DNA from: Actinomycetota bacterium
Lineage (GTDB): Bacteria > Actinomycetota > Actinomycetes > Actinomycetales > Microbacteriaceae
NCBI GenBank assembly: GCA_039795455.1
Contig: JBDKLV010000056.1
Location: 355-64,354, forward strand
Direction: 5' to 3'
Length of the DNA: 64,000 nucleotides
Position numbers and translations under genes: made by a program. Below are positions 39,201-47,022 of this stretch, in pieces (positions within the stretch are counted from its first letter, which is position 1; every line of letters starts with the position of its first letter). The notes beneath the pieces were generated by a model. It was not told the DNA's origin. It searched no databases and saw nothing but the letters and a program-made list of their open reading frames with translations.

Positions 39201-39463
39201 AAAGTTGCGGCCGCGGTTCGATTCGCCGTGAAAACCAGCAGGCTTTCTGGTCGCGATGCGCGAGCCAACTTTAGAAAGAGCGCCTTGAGCGCTGTGGTCT
39301 TGCCCGAGCGTGGCCCGCCGATTACTCGAGCGAAATCGCCGAACTCAAGCGCCTGCGCGGCCGTCTGCCCGGCTGACAAAACGACAGAATCGGTATTGTC
39401 GACTATGCCGTGCGGCCGAAACGAACCGGTGATCTCTTTAGAAGGTTTGCCCGAGGTTTTCAT
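36236..39463 (-). CDS. adnA: AdnA-like helicase-nuclease subunit
   Basis: GGPRSGKT, degenerate Walker B (DDAQE), GDPD, C-terminal CPLHWF..GKVDRIE..IVDLKT..QLGIYQ. ATG at 39463 is preceded by TAATCT-N7. Confidence 0.86.
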   Translation of the reverse strand: MKTSGKPSKEITGSFRPHGIVDNTDSVVLSAGQTAAQALEFGDFARVIGGPRSGKTTALKALFLKLARASRPESLLVFTANRTAAATLRDELALAFQGASIGPMARTIPSLAFAILRHAALETKAALPELISGSEQDAMLEELLEVAASDPHFVELLPKNITRSSLRLSGFRAELRDLLSVAIEYSITPERLRALAVETGLKDEWTVAAALYERYLEELAQERNTHRYDPASLLVEATRLIREGKAPSELNEVRMILIDDAQELTPAATEFLAALAGLGASVVLFGDPDVATLGFRFSDPEALTRLVTRLATAAGTTAQSITITAAHEAHAPVIAQALSHVTGRIGAAMAGPQRKGPEAAVGPDGAAEGDQITTKVFALQGDEHAWLAHQLRSEHLNNGVAWRDMAVVARSVTELVELENALAAESVPVRLVGAKSALKDEFGAAAMLELLHWALPDQAGAVREITYEVASELMLSPIAGFDPISLRRLRRTLRAAELADEGTRSSRELLANLFKARGSAADLSGWGEKAHKFITLYFELRDMAAQKDRTIQDLLWHIYSNSELSTQWPKRSLGVEEVSLQVSRNLDSVVALFSAAARFVERNPLGEAAEFVRSQRELKLPEDSIGVGANLQHRVSLVTPAGLIGRSFKVVSIAHLQEGIWPNLRPRSTLLGASVLDEFARTGTVATENRASEMTGELRMLAKAVGAASERLYLSAISTEEEQQSQFIELITGQEFEVSDFDGSSLTLRAIAGRLRRMLLQTNDPKARVEIAAQLARLAEAGVPGAHPDQWWGVKPLSTTEPLAVLGVDKDDPRALKLHPSELDSFIKCPLHWFINAHGGGDYSFKTQVGTLLHEALERATTNSYEEFYSLVKSKWGLIDFDSEWASASEDRRVGLMINRLVSYLEKFEADSEKGVWKEVSFKFDIAGAHVSGKVDRIEVDKLGNVKIVDLKTSRAQVTKDATQNHPQLGIYQLGLIDGAFNENPLLSEHANLSGGALVQVGLKGTKTDPVVTVQDSATEYPVKQIQIRDLIEQVVGDMVMNEQVLTANVGEHCNDKNGYGSCMLHLIEQVSYGN

Positions 39464-39571
39464 TGCCCCCAGATTAGGGGTGACCACCGACGTTTTACCC
39501 CGCTGCTCGCTGATAGCGAATGCTCGGCGCGGGCATCCTTGTAATCTTGGACAGGAAAGAAAGGCAGTGCC

Positions 39572-39796
39572 ATGGATGTACGAATTGGCGTAAAGGACAC
39601 AGCTCGCGAGCTGTCGTTCGAATCGAACCAGTCGGCCAGCGAGATTGAGGCGGCCGTCGCCGCAGCTCTAGGCGGATCGACCAGCGTTCTAACCCTTACA
39701 GACAGCAAGGGTCGCAAGTTCGTAGTTCCAGCAGCAGGCCTCGCCTACGTTGAGATTGGCGCCGAGGAATCGCGCCGGGTTGGATTCATCGCCTAA
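39572..39796 (+). CDS. DUF3107 family protein
   Basis: MDVRIGV..RELSFES..LTDSKGRKFVVP..LAYVEIG..RRVGF; strong RBS. Confidence 0.9.
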   Translation: MDVRIGVKDTARELSFESNQSASEIEAAVAAALGGSTSVLTLTDSKGRKFVVPAAGLAYVEIGAEESRRVGFIA

Positions 39797-40053
39797 TGGA
39801 AATCGCATTCTTGGTTTTTTACACCGCAATCCTCGCGCTGGTCTACCCATACATTGGCCTCAAGGATGACCGTTACGGCACCCTAGTTCCTGCGGCTTTC
39901 ACCGCAATCGTCGGTTCGATTTCGTGGACTGCACTCATCTGGCTCGGACTGGGTAACACCAACGCACTGACTTGGATCATTGTGATGTTGCTGATGCCAC
40001 TGGGCGGTTGGGTTGGTACCAACCAGGTCGCTCGTCTACGCCGTCAGGCCTAG
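39796..40053 (+). CDS. Small hypothetical membrane protein (3 TM)
   Basis: TAATG overlap with DUF3107; hydrophobic 85 aa. Confidence 0.7.
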   Translation: MEIAFLVFYTAILALVYPYIGLKDDRYGTLVPAAFTAIVGSISWTALIWLGLGNTNALTWIIVMLLMPLGGWVGTNQVARLRRQA

Positions 40054-40812
40054 GGCATCCATTCGCAGCGAGTGCGCTGCAATCAATTCGCTTACTAGCG
40101 GCTCAAGTTTCGAATAGGCCGAAAGGTTCACTTCGCGCTCTTGCTCTGCCGTGAGCTTGGTGCCCTTGGTAACGCCGGCAAGTTTGCGGTTGTCAAAAGT
40201 TGCGCGCAGTTCGAGTAGCACATCGCCCATTAGGCGACGACCCCAAAGCGCAAGTCGCGAACCAAGTTGCGGGTTGCCCTGCATTGATTCGGTCAAGACC
40301 TTGACCGCATACTTTTCGAAAGTCTTGTCGTTCAAAGCTTTCTCCACGGATGCACGCAAGTCGGCACTCAAACCGACAGCGAGTCGGCGATAGAAGTCAT
40401 TGAGTAATCCGTGCACCAAGTAAATCTTGATGATGGTCTCGTACCAGTCGGTGCCGTTTAGGCGTGACTGCAAAGTTTGGATGCGCTCGGTGTATGGGTC
40501 CATCGCATCGGTCGGGTCGACGCCCATCGAGGCGAGCAACTTGGCAAGTGCTCGGTACTGCTCGAAACTTTTTGCGGCGGCTTCGCTGAGTTGCGCCTTG
40601 TATGAGGTGGTCGGAGCCAGCTTGAGTTCGTTGGTCAAAATCTCGAACTGCGAAAGCTGAAGGTAGGTCAACTGACCGAGAAAGCTCTTGGCGTCTGGCG
40701 CGTATGGCTTGAGGTTGAGTTTGGTGGTGTTACGAGCCGCTCGTTCTTCGCGAGTTGGCAAAACAAACTTGCTCGCCGCCCTCGGTAGTAGGCGCTTGAT
40801 CCAGTCAAACAT
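40036..40812 (-). CDS. Ferritin-like-fold protein (Rv3210c/MiaE-like)
   Basis: DWYE, GLLNDFY, RLALWGRRLMGD, HSLRMDALGL. Start MFDW at 40812 follows TAATCT-N7. Confidence 0.8.
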   Translation of the reverse strand: MFDWIKRLLPRAASKFVLPTREERAARNTTKLNLKPYAPDAKSFLGQLTYLQLSQFEILTNELKLAPTTSYKAQLSEAAAKSFEQYRALAKLLASMGVDPTDAMDPYTERIQTLQSRLNGTDWYETIIKIYLVHGLLNDFYRRLAVGLSADLRASVEKALNDKTFEKYAVKVLTESMQGNPQLGSRLALWGRRLMGDVLLELRATFDNRKLAGVTKGTKLTAEQEREVNLSAYSKLEPLVSELIAAHSLRMDALGLTA

Positions 40813-40943
40813 GCTCTCAAGATTACCTGTCGCTCCAAATGCCGCCACGGGTAGACTGATTGAGGCCGCACATCTTGCGCATCGCGCTTTTGGCCCCGTG
40901 TTTTTCGAAACCAGAGATGTTTTCCCTATAAATAGGAGTCCTT

Positions 40944-42362
40944 TTGACTTTTCGCGACCTTGGCATTGACCAAGACATCGCTGATGCCCTTGCAATCAAA
41001 GGCATCACCGAGCCGTTCCCAATTCAGGAACAGGCCATCCCGGTAGCCCTTACCGGCCAAGACGTAATCGGCCAGGCCAAGACTGGTACCGGCAAGACCT
41101 TCGGCTTCGGCCTTCCGTTGATCCAGAGCCTCGGCCCAAACCCAGACAAGGGCGCGAAGGCACTGGTTGTTGTGCCGACTCGTGAGTTGTGCATCCAGGT
41201 TGCTGAAGACCTCAAGCTCGCTACCTCGAACCGCGAGACCACCGTCGTCGCCATCTATGGTGGCAAGTCATACGAGGGCCAGGTCGCCGAGATCGAAGCC
41301 GGCGCGCAGATTGTTGTCGGTACCCCTGGTCGCCTAATCGACCTGTCAAAGCAGAAGAAGCTCGACCTGAGCAACATTCGCTTCATGGTTCTCGACGAGG
41401 CCGACGAAATGCTCGACCTCGGATTCTTGCCAGATGTTGAGCGCCTGTTCGCTTACACCCCGCAAGACCGTCAGACCATGTTGTTCTCTGCGACTATGCC
41501 TGGCGCAATTGTTTCGATGGCGCGCAAGTATCAGAACCGTCCGGTTCACATTCGCGCGAACGAACCTGACGAGGGTCACACCAAGGCCGACATCAAGCAG
41601 TTCTTCTACCGTGCGCACTCACTCGACAAGGATGAGGTCGTCGGCCGAATCCTTCAGGCCGAGGGTCGCGGCAAGACCGTAATTTTCTGCAAGACCAAGC
41701 GTCAAGCATCGAAGGTTTCTGAAGAACTCATCGATCGTGGATTCAACGCGACCGCGCTTCACGGCGACATGTCGCAAGAGGCTCGCGAAAAGTCGATGGC
41801 TGCTTTCCGTTCTGGAAAGAAAGACATTTTGGTCGCAACCGAAGTTGCCGCTCGAGGCATCGACGTTGACGACGTGACTCACGTGATCAACTACACCGTT
41901 CCAGAAGACGAGAAGGCGCTGTTGCACCGCGTCGGTCGTACCGGTCGCGCAGGCCGCACCGGTGTTGCCGTAACCTTCGTCGACTGGGAAGACCTCACTC
42001 GCTGGAAGCACATTAACGATGCGCTCCAGCTTGGCGTTCCTGAGCCTGTCGAGACCTACTCGTCATCGGCTTGGTTGTTCACCGATTTGAATATTCCTGA
42101 GGGCACCAAGGGTCGCATCCCTGGTAGCAAGCCAAAGCCAAAGACCGAGAGCACGGATGCCCGTGGCGGGCGCGATGGCAACCGCGGGGGTCAGCGCAAC
42201 GGTGGTCAGCGCAGCGGCGGTCAGCGTTCTGGCGGCAACAGCCGCGGTGGATCTGGCAAGCCTCGCGAGCAGCACGACAATCCAAAGCCTGCCGGCGAGC
42301 ACCCTCGCCCAGCGCGTCAGAACCGCGAACGCCGTCGCACTAACCGCTCTGCCGGCAACTAG
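40944..42362 (+). CDS. DEAD-box RNA helicase (RhlE-like)
   Basis: Q motif, AKTGTGKT, PTREL, DEAD, SAT, HRVGRTGRAG; TTG start with AGGAG. Confidence 0.95.
   Translation: MTFRDLGIDQDIADALAIKGITEPFPIQEQAIPVALTGQDVIGQAKTGTGKTFGFGLPLIQSLGPNPDKGAKALVVVPTRELCIQVAEDLKLATSNRETTVVAIYGGKSYEGQVAEIEAGAQIVVGTPGRLIDLSKQKKLDLSNIRFMVLDEADEMLDLGFLPDVERLFAYTPQDRQTMLFSATMPGAIVSMARKYQNRPVHIRANEPDEGHTKADIKQFFYRAHSLDKDEVVGRILQAEGRGKTVIFCKTKRQASKVSEELIDRGFNATALHGDMSQEAREKSMAAFRSGKKDILVATEVAARGIDVDDVTHVINYTVPEDEKALLHRVGRTGRAGRTGVAVTFVDWEDLTRWKHINDALQLGVPEPVETYSSSAWLFTDLNIPEGTKGRIPGSKPKPKTESTDARGGRDGNRGGQRNGGQRSGGQRSGGNSRGGSGKPREQHDNPKPAGEHPRPARQNRERRRTNRSAGN
42189..42233 (+). repeat. 3 x 15-bp tandem repeat encoding GQR(N/S)G in the helicase tail
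   Basis: ggtcagcgcaacggt ggtcagcgcagcggc ggtcagcgttctggc. Confidence 0.75.
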
Positions 42363-43244
42363 TTAGAGCAGCGCGGGAGTACCGCTCGCCTGAGCGACAA
42401 TCCGCTCAAGCATTTCGAGTGTTGTCGTGTTCTCGCCAAGCAGGTTGTGTTTGCGGTTGCCGTGGTAGTCACTCGATCCGGTTAGTACCAGGTCGAACTC
42501 CTTGGCCAAATCGATGAGCCACCTGCGCGCGTGCTCTGGAACATCGCGGTGAAAGACTTCGAACCCGGCAAGACCTGCCTCGATCAGTTCAATAAAGTGT
42601 GCGCGCGGCATTGGCGAACCCTCGACTGGGCCTTTGCCACGAGCCATCGGGTGCGCAATCACCGGAACACCGCCGGCCTGACGAATCAGACGTATTGCAT
42701 CGATGGTTTCGACGACGCCGCGGTTTGGAATGTAGAAACGATCGTCGCCGTCGCCCCAAAGCTGAGCAAAGACATCGTTGGTGTGTTCAAAGTGTCCGCG
42801 GGCAACAAGTGCCGCCGCGAGCGCGGGCCGACCAAAGGTTGCTCCTTCACGAAGCTGATCGAGCACGTCTTGCCAAGTGATCGGATAGTGCGGCGCAACC
42901 AAGTCAAAGAGCGCACGCAAACGAACCTCCCGCTTCTCGAGAGTCTCGCCAAGCACCTCGCCAAGAGCCGGATGACTCGGGTCTGGCAAGTAGGCCAGCA
43001 TGTGCACGCCGAACGGGCGGTGAACATTGACTCGAGCGCGAGTCGTCACCTCGATGCCAGGCACGAACCCCATGCCAAGCTCGGCGGCGATTGAACACGC
43101 TTCTTCCCAGCCCTTAGTGGTGTCGTGGTCGGTCAATGCCAGAACGTCTACCCCGGCGGCCCTAGCCGCACGAAAAACCTCGGTTACCGAATCGGCGCCG
43201 TCGCTCCACGAGGAGTGTGCGTGCAGGTCGATTTTCATGTGCAT
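42363..43244 (-). CDS. PHP-domain metal-dependent phosphoesterase (TrpH/YciV-like)
   Basis: DLHAHSSWSDG, LTDHDT, GIEVT, AHP, GSSDYHG motifs. The start could be 43238. Confidence 0.9.
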   Translation of the reverse strand: MHMKIDLHAHSSWSDGADSVTEVFRAARAAGVDVLALTDHDTTKGWEEACSIAAELGMGFVPGIEVTTRARVNVHRPFGVHMLAYLPDPSHPALGEVLGETLEKREVRLRALFDLVAPHYPITWQDVLDQLREGATFGRPALAAALVARGHFEHTNDVFAQLWGDGDDRFYIPNRGVVETIDAIRLIRQAGGVPVIAHPMARGKGPVEGSPMPRAHFIELIEAGLAGFEVFHRDVPEHARRWLIDLAKEFDLVLTGSSDYHGNRKHNLLGENTTTLEMLERIVAQASGTPALL

Positions 43245-43321
43245 CCATTCGGTTCAGCCCAAGGCTACCAATTGCTCGTTTCGTGCGAGTTGCCGACAAA
43301 AGTTGTTAGACAATAAACCCC

Positions 43322-44725
43322 ATGAGCAAAGACGCAAAATCGCTAGCCAAGCGCAACCAGAACCGCAGCCGCACTCCGCACTCGAAGCAGTTTCTTGAGT
43401 ACATCGGATCGAACTGGGCTGACAAGCCAGAGAAGCTACCAAAGGCCGACGTTGTTGCTCCATACGCGGCCAAGCGTCGTGCTGCCGTAGCCAAGGCTTT
43501 CAAGGGCAAGGTTGTTCTTATCGAAGCCGGCGATCTCAAGACTCGCTCGAACGACACCGACTACCGCTTCCGCCCGCACAGTGCTTTCGCTCACCTGACC
43601 GGATGGGGTTCTGCCACAGTCGCCGGTTCGGTTCTAGTCATCGATGCTCGCAAAGGCGTCAAGGCAACCCTCTACTTCCGACCAACCGCCGGTCACGACA
43701 GCGACGAGTTCTTCGCTAACCCTGCCATCGGTGAGTTCTGGGTTGGCAAACGTCCGAGCCTTGCTCACGTTGCAGCCTTGCTCGAAATTAAGACTGCCGA
43801 CATCAAAGACCTTGCCAAGTTCACCAAGGATGCCGGCAAGAAGAACATCGTCGACCTGAACGATGCCGCGCTCGCCGAGTTCGTCAGCGAACTTCGATTG
43901 ATCAAGGACGACTACGAAATCAAGCAGATGCGCGCAGCAGTTGCTGCCAGTGTGAAGGGCTTTGAGGCAGTGGTTCGCAACCTCGATGCCGCGGTCAAGC
44001 ATCCTCGTGGTGAGCGCATCGTTGAAGGTGCGTTCTTTGCAGAGGCCCGTGCCAACGGTAACGACCTTGGCTACGAGACCATCGCCGCTGCCGGCGAGCA
44101 CGCCTGCACCCTGCACTGGATCATCAACGACGGCAAGGTTCGCAAGGGCGACTTGCTATTGCTCGATGCCGGTGTCGAAGTTGACTCGTTCTACACCGCC
44201 GATGTCACTCGCACGTTGCCTATCGACGGCAAGTTCACCGACACTCAGCGCATGATCTACGAGGCTGTTCGCGAAGCCGCCGACGCGGCATTCAAGATTG
44301 CCAAGCCAGGCGTGAAGTTCCGCGAGATTCACAATGCGGCCATGAAGGTAATTGCGGCGAAGACCGCCGAGTGGGGCCTGCTGCCAGTCAGTGCCGAAGA
44401 GTCGCTGAAGCCTGAGAACCAGTTTCACCGTCGCTACATGGTTCACGGCACCAGCCACCACCTAGGCATGGATGTTCACGACTGTGCTCAAGCGCGTCGC
44501 GAAATGTATATCGACGCCGAGCTAAAGCCGGGCATGGTCTTCACGATCGAGCCAGGACTCTACTTCCAGGCAGATGACATGACCGTGCCAGCGAAGTTCC
44601 GCGGCATCGGTGTTCGCATCGAGGATGACGTTTTGGTTACCGCCAAGGGCGTCGAGAACCTGACTAAGGGCCTGCCTCGCAAGGCGAGCGATGTCGAAGC
44701 TTGGATGAAGAAGGTTCGCGGCTAA
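43322..44725 (+). CDS. pepP: Xaa-Pro aminopeptidase (M24B)
   Basis: RSNDTDYRFR, LLDAG, ADVTRT, HHLGMDVHD, TIEPGLY, GVRIEDD motifs. Confidence 0.93.
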   Translation: MSKDAKSLAKRNQNRSRTPHSKQFLEYIGSNWADKPEKLPKADVVAPYAAKRRAAVAKAFKGKVVLIEAGDLKTRSNDTDYRFRPHSAFAHLTGWGSATVAGSVLVIDARKGVKATLYFRPTAGHDSDEFFANPAIGEFWVGKRPSLAHVAALLEIKTADIKDLAKFTKDAGKKNIVDLNDAALAEFVSELRLIKDDYEIKQMRAAVAASVKGFEAVVRNLDAAVKHPRGERIVEGAFFAEARANGNDLGYETIAAAGEHACTLHWIINDGKVRKGDLLLLDAGVEVDSFYTADVTRTLPIDGKFTDTQRMIYEAVREAADAAFKIAKPGVKFREIHNAAMKVIAAKTAEWGLLPVSAEESLKPENQFHRRYMVHGTSHHLGMDVHDCAQARREMYIDAELKPGMVFTIEPGLYFQADDMTVPAKFRGIGVRIEDDVLVTAKGVENLTKGLPRKASDVEAWMKKVRG

Positions 44726-45217
44726 TTACTTAGCCGAATCTGCCTTGTTGCCGGCGGCGAGTGCCTGACCAACCAGCGAGGCTGGAACCTGCACCTGGTA
44801 CTTGAGCGCGATCACGCTCGACTGCGAGACGAAGTGACGCTTCGACTTGGCGAGCGACATGCGAATCACGGCAAACAGCATGCCGAGGCCTGCACCCATA
44901 ACAATGCCCGCGGTTAGCGGCGAAGAGACCCCGAGTGACTCGGTGGCCGTGCCACCGAAGAAGAACGCAAAGATCAGGCCGAGCCACGACCCCGTGATGG
45001 CCCCATTGAGAGCAACGCGGGCATACGACAACTTGCCACGTACGCGTTCAACGGTTCGAACATCCGTGCCGACAATCGCGATGAAACCTGCAGGGAAACC
45101 GTTAGCCACCAACTTCTCGACGTAGGCGACTGCCTCGTTGTACTGGGTGAAATCTGCAACCACCTCGCCCTGCGGCATGACAGGCGCGACGTTTCTGCGT
45201 GGGGTTCTTGGGGCCAT
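44726..45217 (-). CDS. General stress protein 17M-like membrane protein (Rv1234-like)
   Basis: Y.EA..YVEKL...GFP...IAIVG..VERV.G plus two Gly-rich TMs; start MAPR follows CAGAAT-N6. Confidence 0.75.
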   Translation of the reverse strand: MAPRTPRRNVAPVMPQGEVVADFTQYNEAVAYVEKLVANGFPAGFIAIVGTDVRTVERVRGKLSYARVALNGAITGSWLGLIFAFFFGGTATESLGVSSPLTAGIVMGAGLGMLFAVIRMSLAKSKRHFVSQSSVIALKYQVQVPASLVGQALAAGNKADSAK

Positions 45218-45263
45218 AAATCCATTCTGGCACGCCTTCAAGTGCTCGTCTAAGGTTGGTTAG

Positions 45264-46514
45264 GTGAGCGCGACCCGAGTATTTGTGGCCAGATTGGTCG
45301 GATGTGGCGTCTTTGACCCAGCTGGAGACAAAGTTGGAAAAGTCATCGACGTTCTACTCGCCTACCGCAAAACCGGAGCCCCAAAAGCAACCGGAATGCT
45401 CGTTGAAATCACCGGCCGCCGCCGAGTTTTCGTGCCAATCGCCCGCATTACCTCGATCGGTAACGGTCAGGTAATCACCACGGGCCTCATCGACCTTCGT
45501 CGCTTCACCCAGCGCGGTCAAGAAGAGCGCGTCATCGCCGAGATTTTGGGCCGCAAGGTCAAACTCAAGGATGGCTCTGGCACGGCGAGCATCGAAGACA
45601 TCGCGATCGAACCAACCAAGAACCACGACTGGCAAGTCAGCGAACTGTTCTTGCGTCGACCAAAGACTTCGGCATCGCCGTTCGCCAAGGGTGCAACTCT
45701 GTTTGCCGCGTGGGAACAGGTGAACCTGCACGATGACGGTGAGGCGCAAGACGCCACTGCGCTGCTTGCCACCTACTCCGATTTGCGTCCTGCCGACTTG
45801 GCAAACGCGCTGATGGATTTGCCTGACGAGCGCATGCTCGAAGTTGCCGAGGAGCTCGACGACGAGCGTTTGGCCGATGTGCTCGAAGAGCTACCTGAAG
45901 AAGAACAGATCGACATCATCTCTGATCTAGACGATGAGCGTGCTGCCGAAGTTCTCGACCTGATGGAGCCAGACGACGCGGCCGACCTAATGGCGAACCT
46001 GCCAGAGGCTCGCACCGAGGCGCTGCTCGATCTGATGGACGAAGAAGAAGCAGAAGACATTCGTCAGCTGATGAAGTACGACGAATTCACCGCCGGTGGA
46101 ATGATGACCACCGAACCGATCATCTGTTCGGCAGACACTACCGTCGCCGAAGCGATGGCGCTGATTCGCCGCAAAGAAGTTGCCCCGGTTTTGGCGGCTC
46201 AGGTTTTTGTAACTCTGCCTCCGTATGAGACCACTACCGGTCGCTACCTTGGCACCGTGCACTTTCAGCGCATGCTGCGCTACGCACCGCACGAGCGTCT
46301 TGGCGTGCTACTCGACACCGAGCTTGAGCCTGTCGGCGTTCACACCCACATCTCGGTCATGCACCGAACCCTGGCTACCTACAACCTGGTCTCGCTCCCG
46401 GTTGTCGACGAGGATGGTCGCCTACTAGGCGTAGTAACCGTCGACGACGTGCTCGACCACCTACTTCCAGACGACTGGAGAACCGAAGAAGAGAGCGAGG
46501 TGCGCCGTGGCTAA
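45264..46514 (+). CDS. MgtE intracellular N-domain + CBS-pair protein with N-terminal PRC barrel; no TM domain
   Basis: PRC-like N-terminus, acidic helical repeats (RPADLA, MEPDDAADL), TAGGMMT and LLGVVTVDDVLD CBS motifs. Confidence 0.88.
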   Translation: MSATRVFVARLVGCGVFDPAGDKVGKVIDVLLAYRKTGAPKATGMLVEITGRRRVFVPIARITSIGNGQVITTGLIDLRRFTQRGQEERVIAEILGRKVKLKDGSGTASIEDIAIEPTKNHDWQVSELFLRRPKTSASPFAKGATLFAAWEQVNLHDDGEAQDATALLATYSDLRPADLANALMDLPDERMLEVAEELDDERLADVLEELPEEEQIDIISDLDDERAAEVLDLMEPDDAADLMANLPEARTEALLDLMDEEEAEDIRQLMKYDEFTAGGMMTTEPIICSADTTVAEAMALIRRKEVAPVLAAQVFVTLPPYETTTGRYLGTVHFQRMLRYAPHERLGVLLDTELEPVGVHTHISVMHRTLATYNLVSLPVVDEDGRLLGVVTVDDVLDHLLPDDWRTEEESEVRRG

Positions 46515-47022
46515 AGACCGTTTCGAGTCGCCGGTAGGCGCTCGCCGCAGACTTCTGCCGAACATCCGTGTTGACCAGGAGCGCTTCGGTCGTGCCTCTG
46601 AGGCCTTCGCCCGAGCAATGGGAACCGGCGCCTTCCTGATCGGCATGAGTATCTTCTGTCTGGTCTGGCTGACCTGGAACTCGCTTGCACCGGTTGGCCT
46701 GCAGTGGGATCCGCGCTCGCTGAACTTTACGTTGCTGACCCTGATTCTCTCGATGCAGGCTTCTTACGCCGCTCCTCTGATCTTGTTGGCGCAGAACCGC
46801 CAAGATGACCGCGACCGCGTGAAGTTTGAGCAGGACCGTCAGCGTGCCGAGCGTAACCTTGCCGACACCGAGTACCTTGCTCGCGAAGTTGTGGCGCTGC
46901 GCTTGGCGATTGGCGAACTTGCCACCAAGGATGACGTGCGCGACGAGATTCGCGATCAGCTGCGCGAACTGCTCGAAGAGCTGCGCCAAGAACCTGCTTC
47001 GAAAGACAAGAAGAGCAAGTAG
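46507..47022 (+). CDS. DUF1003 family membrane protein
   Basis: Two TMs, WN..DP..FTLLTLILSMQASYAAPLILLAQNRQ, coiled-coil tail. Confidence 0.9.
   Translation: MAKDRFESPVGARRRLLPNIRVDQERFGRASEAFARAMGTGAFLIGMSIFCLVWLTWNSLAPVGLQWDPRSLNFTLLTLILSMQASYAAPLILLAQNRQDDRDRVKFEQDRQRAERNLADTEYLAREVVALRLAIGELATKDDVRDEIRDQLRELLEELRQEPASKDKKSK

Noticed and set aside
32950-39463. Novel helicase-nuclease anti-phage system
   Set aside because: Architecture and neighbourhood (nudC, uvrD2, DUF3107) match the known AdnAB end-resection complex.
43254-43557. Small Cys-containing minus-strand ORFs near the pepP start
   Set aside because: They are antisense to pepP with no RBS or leaderless signal.
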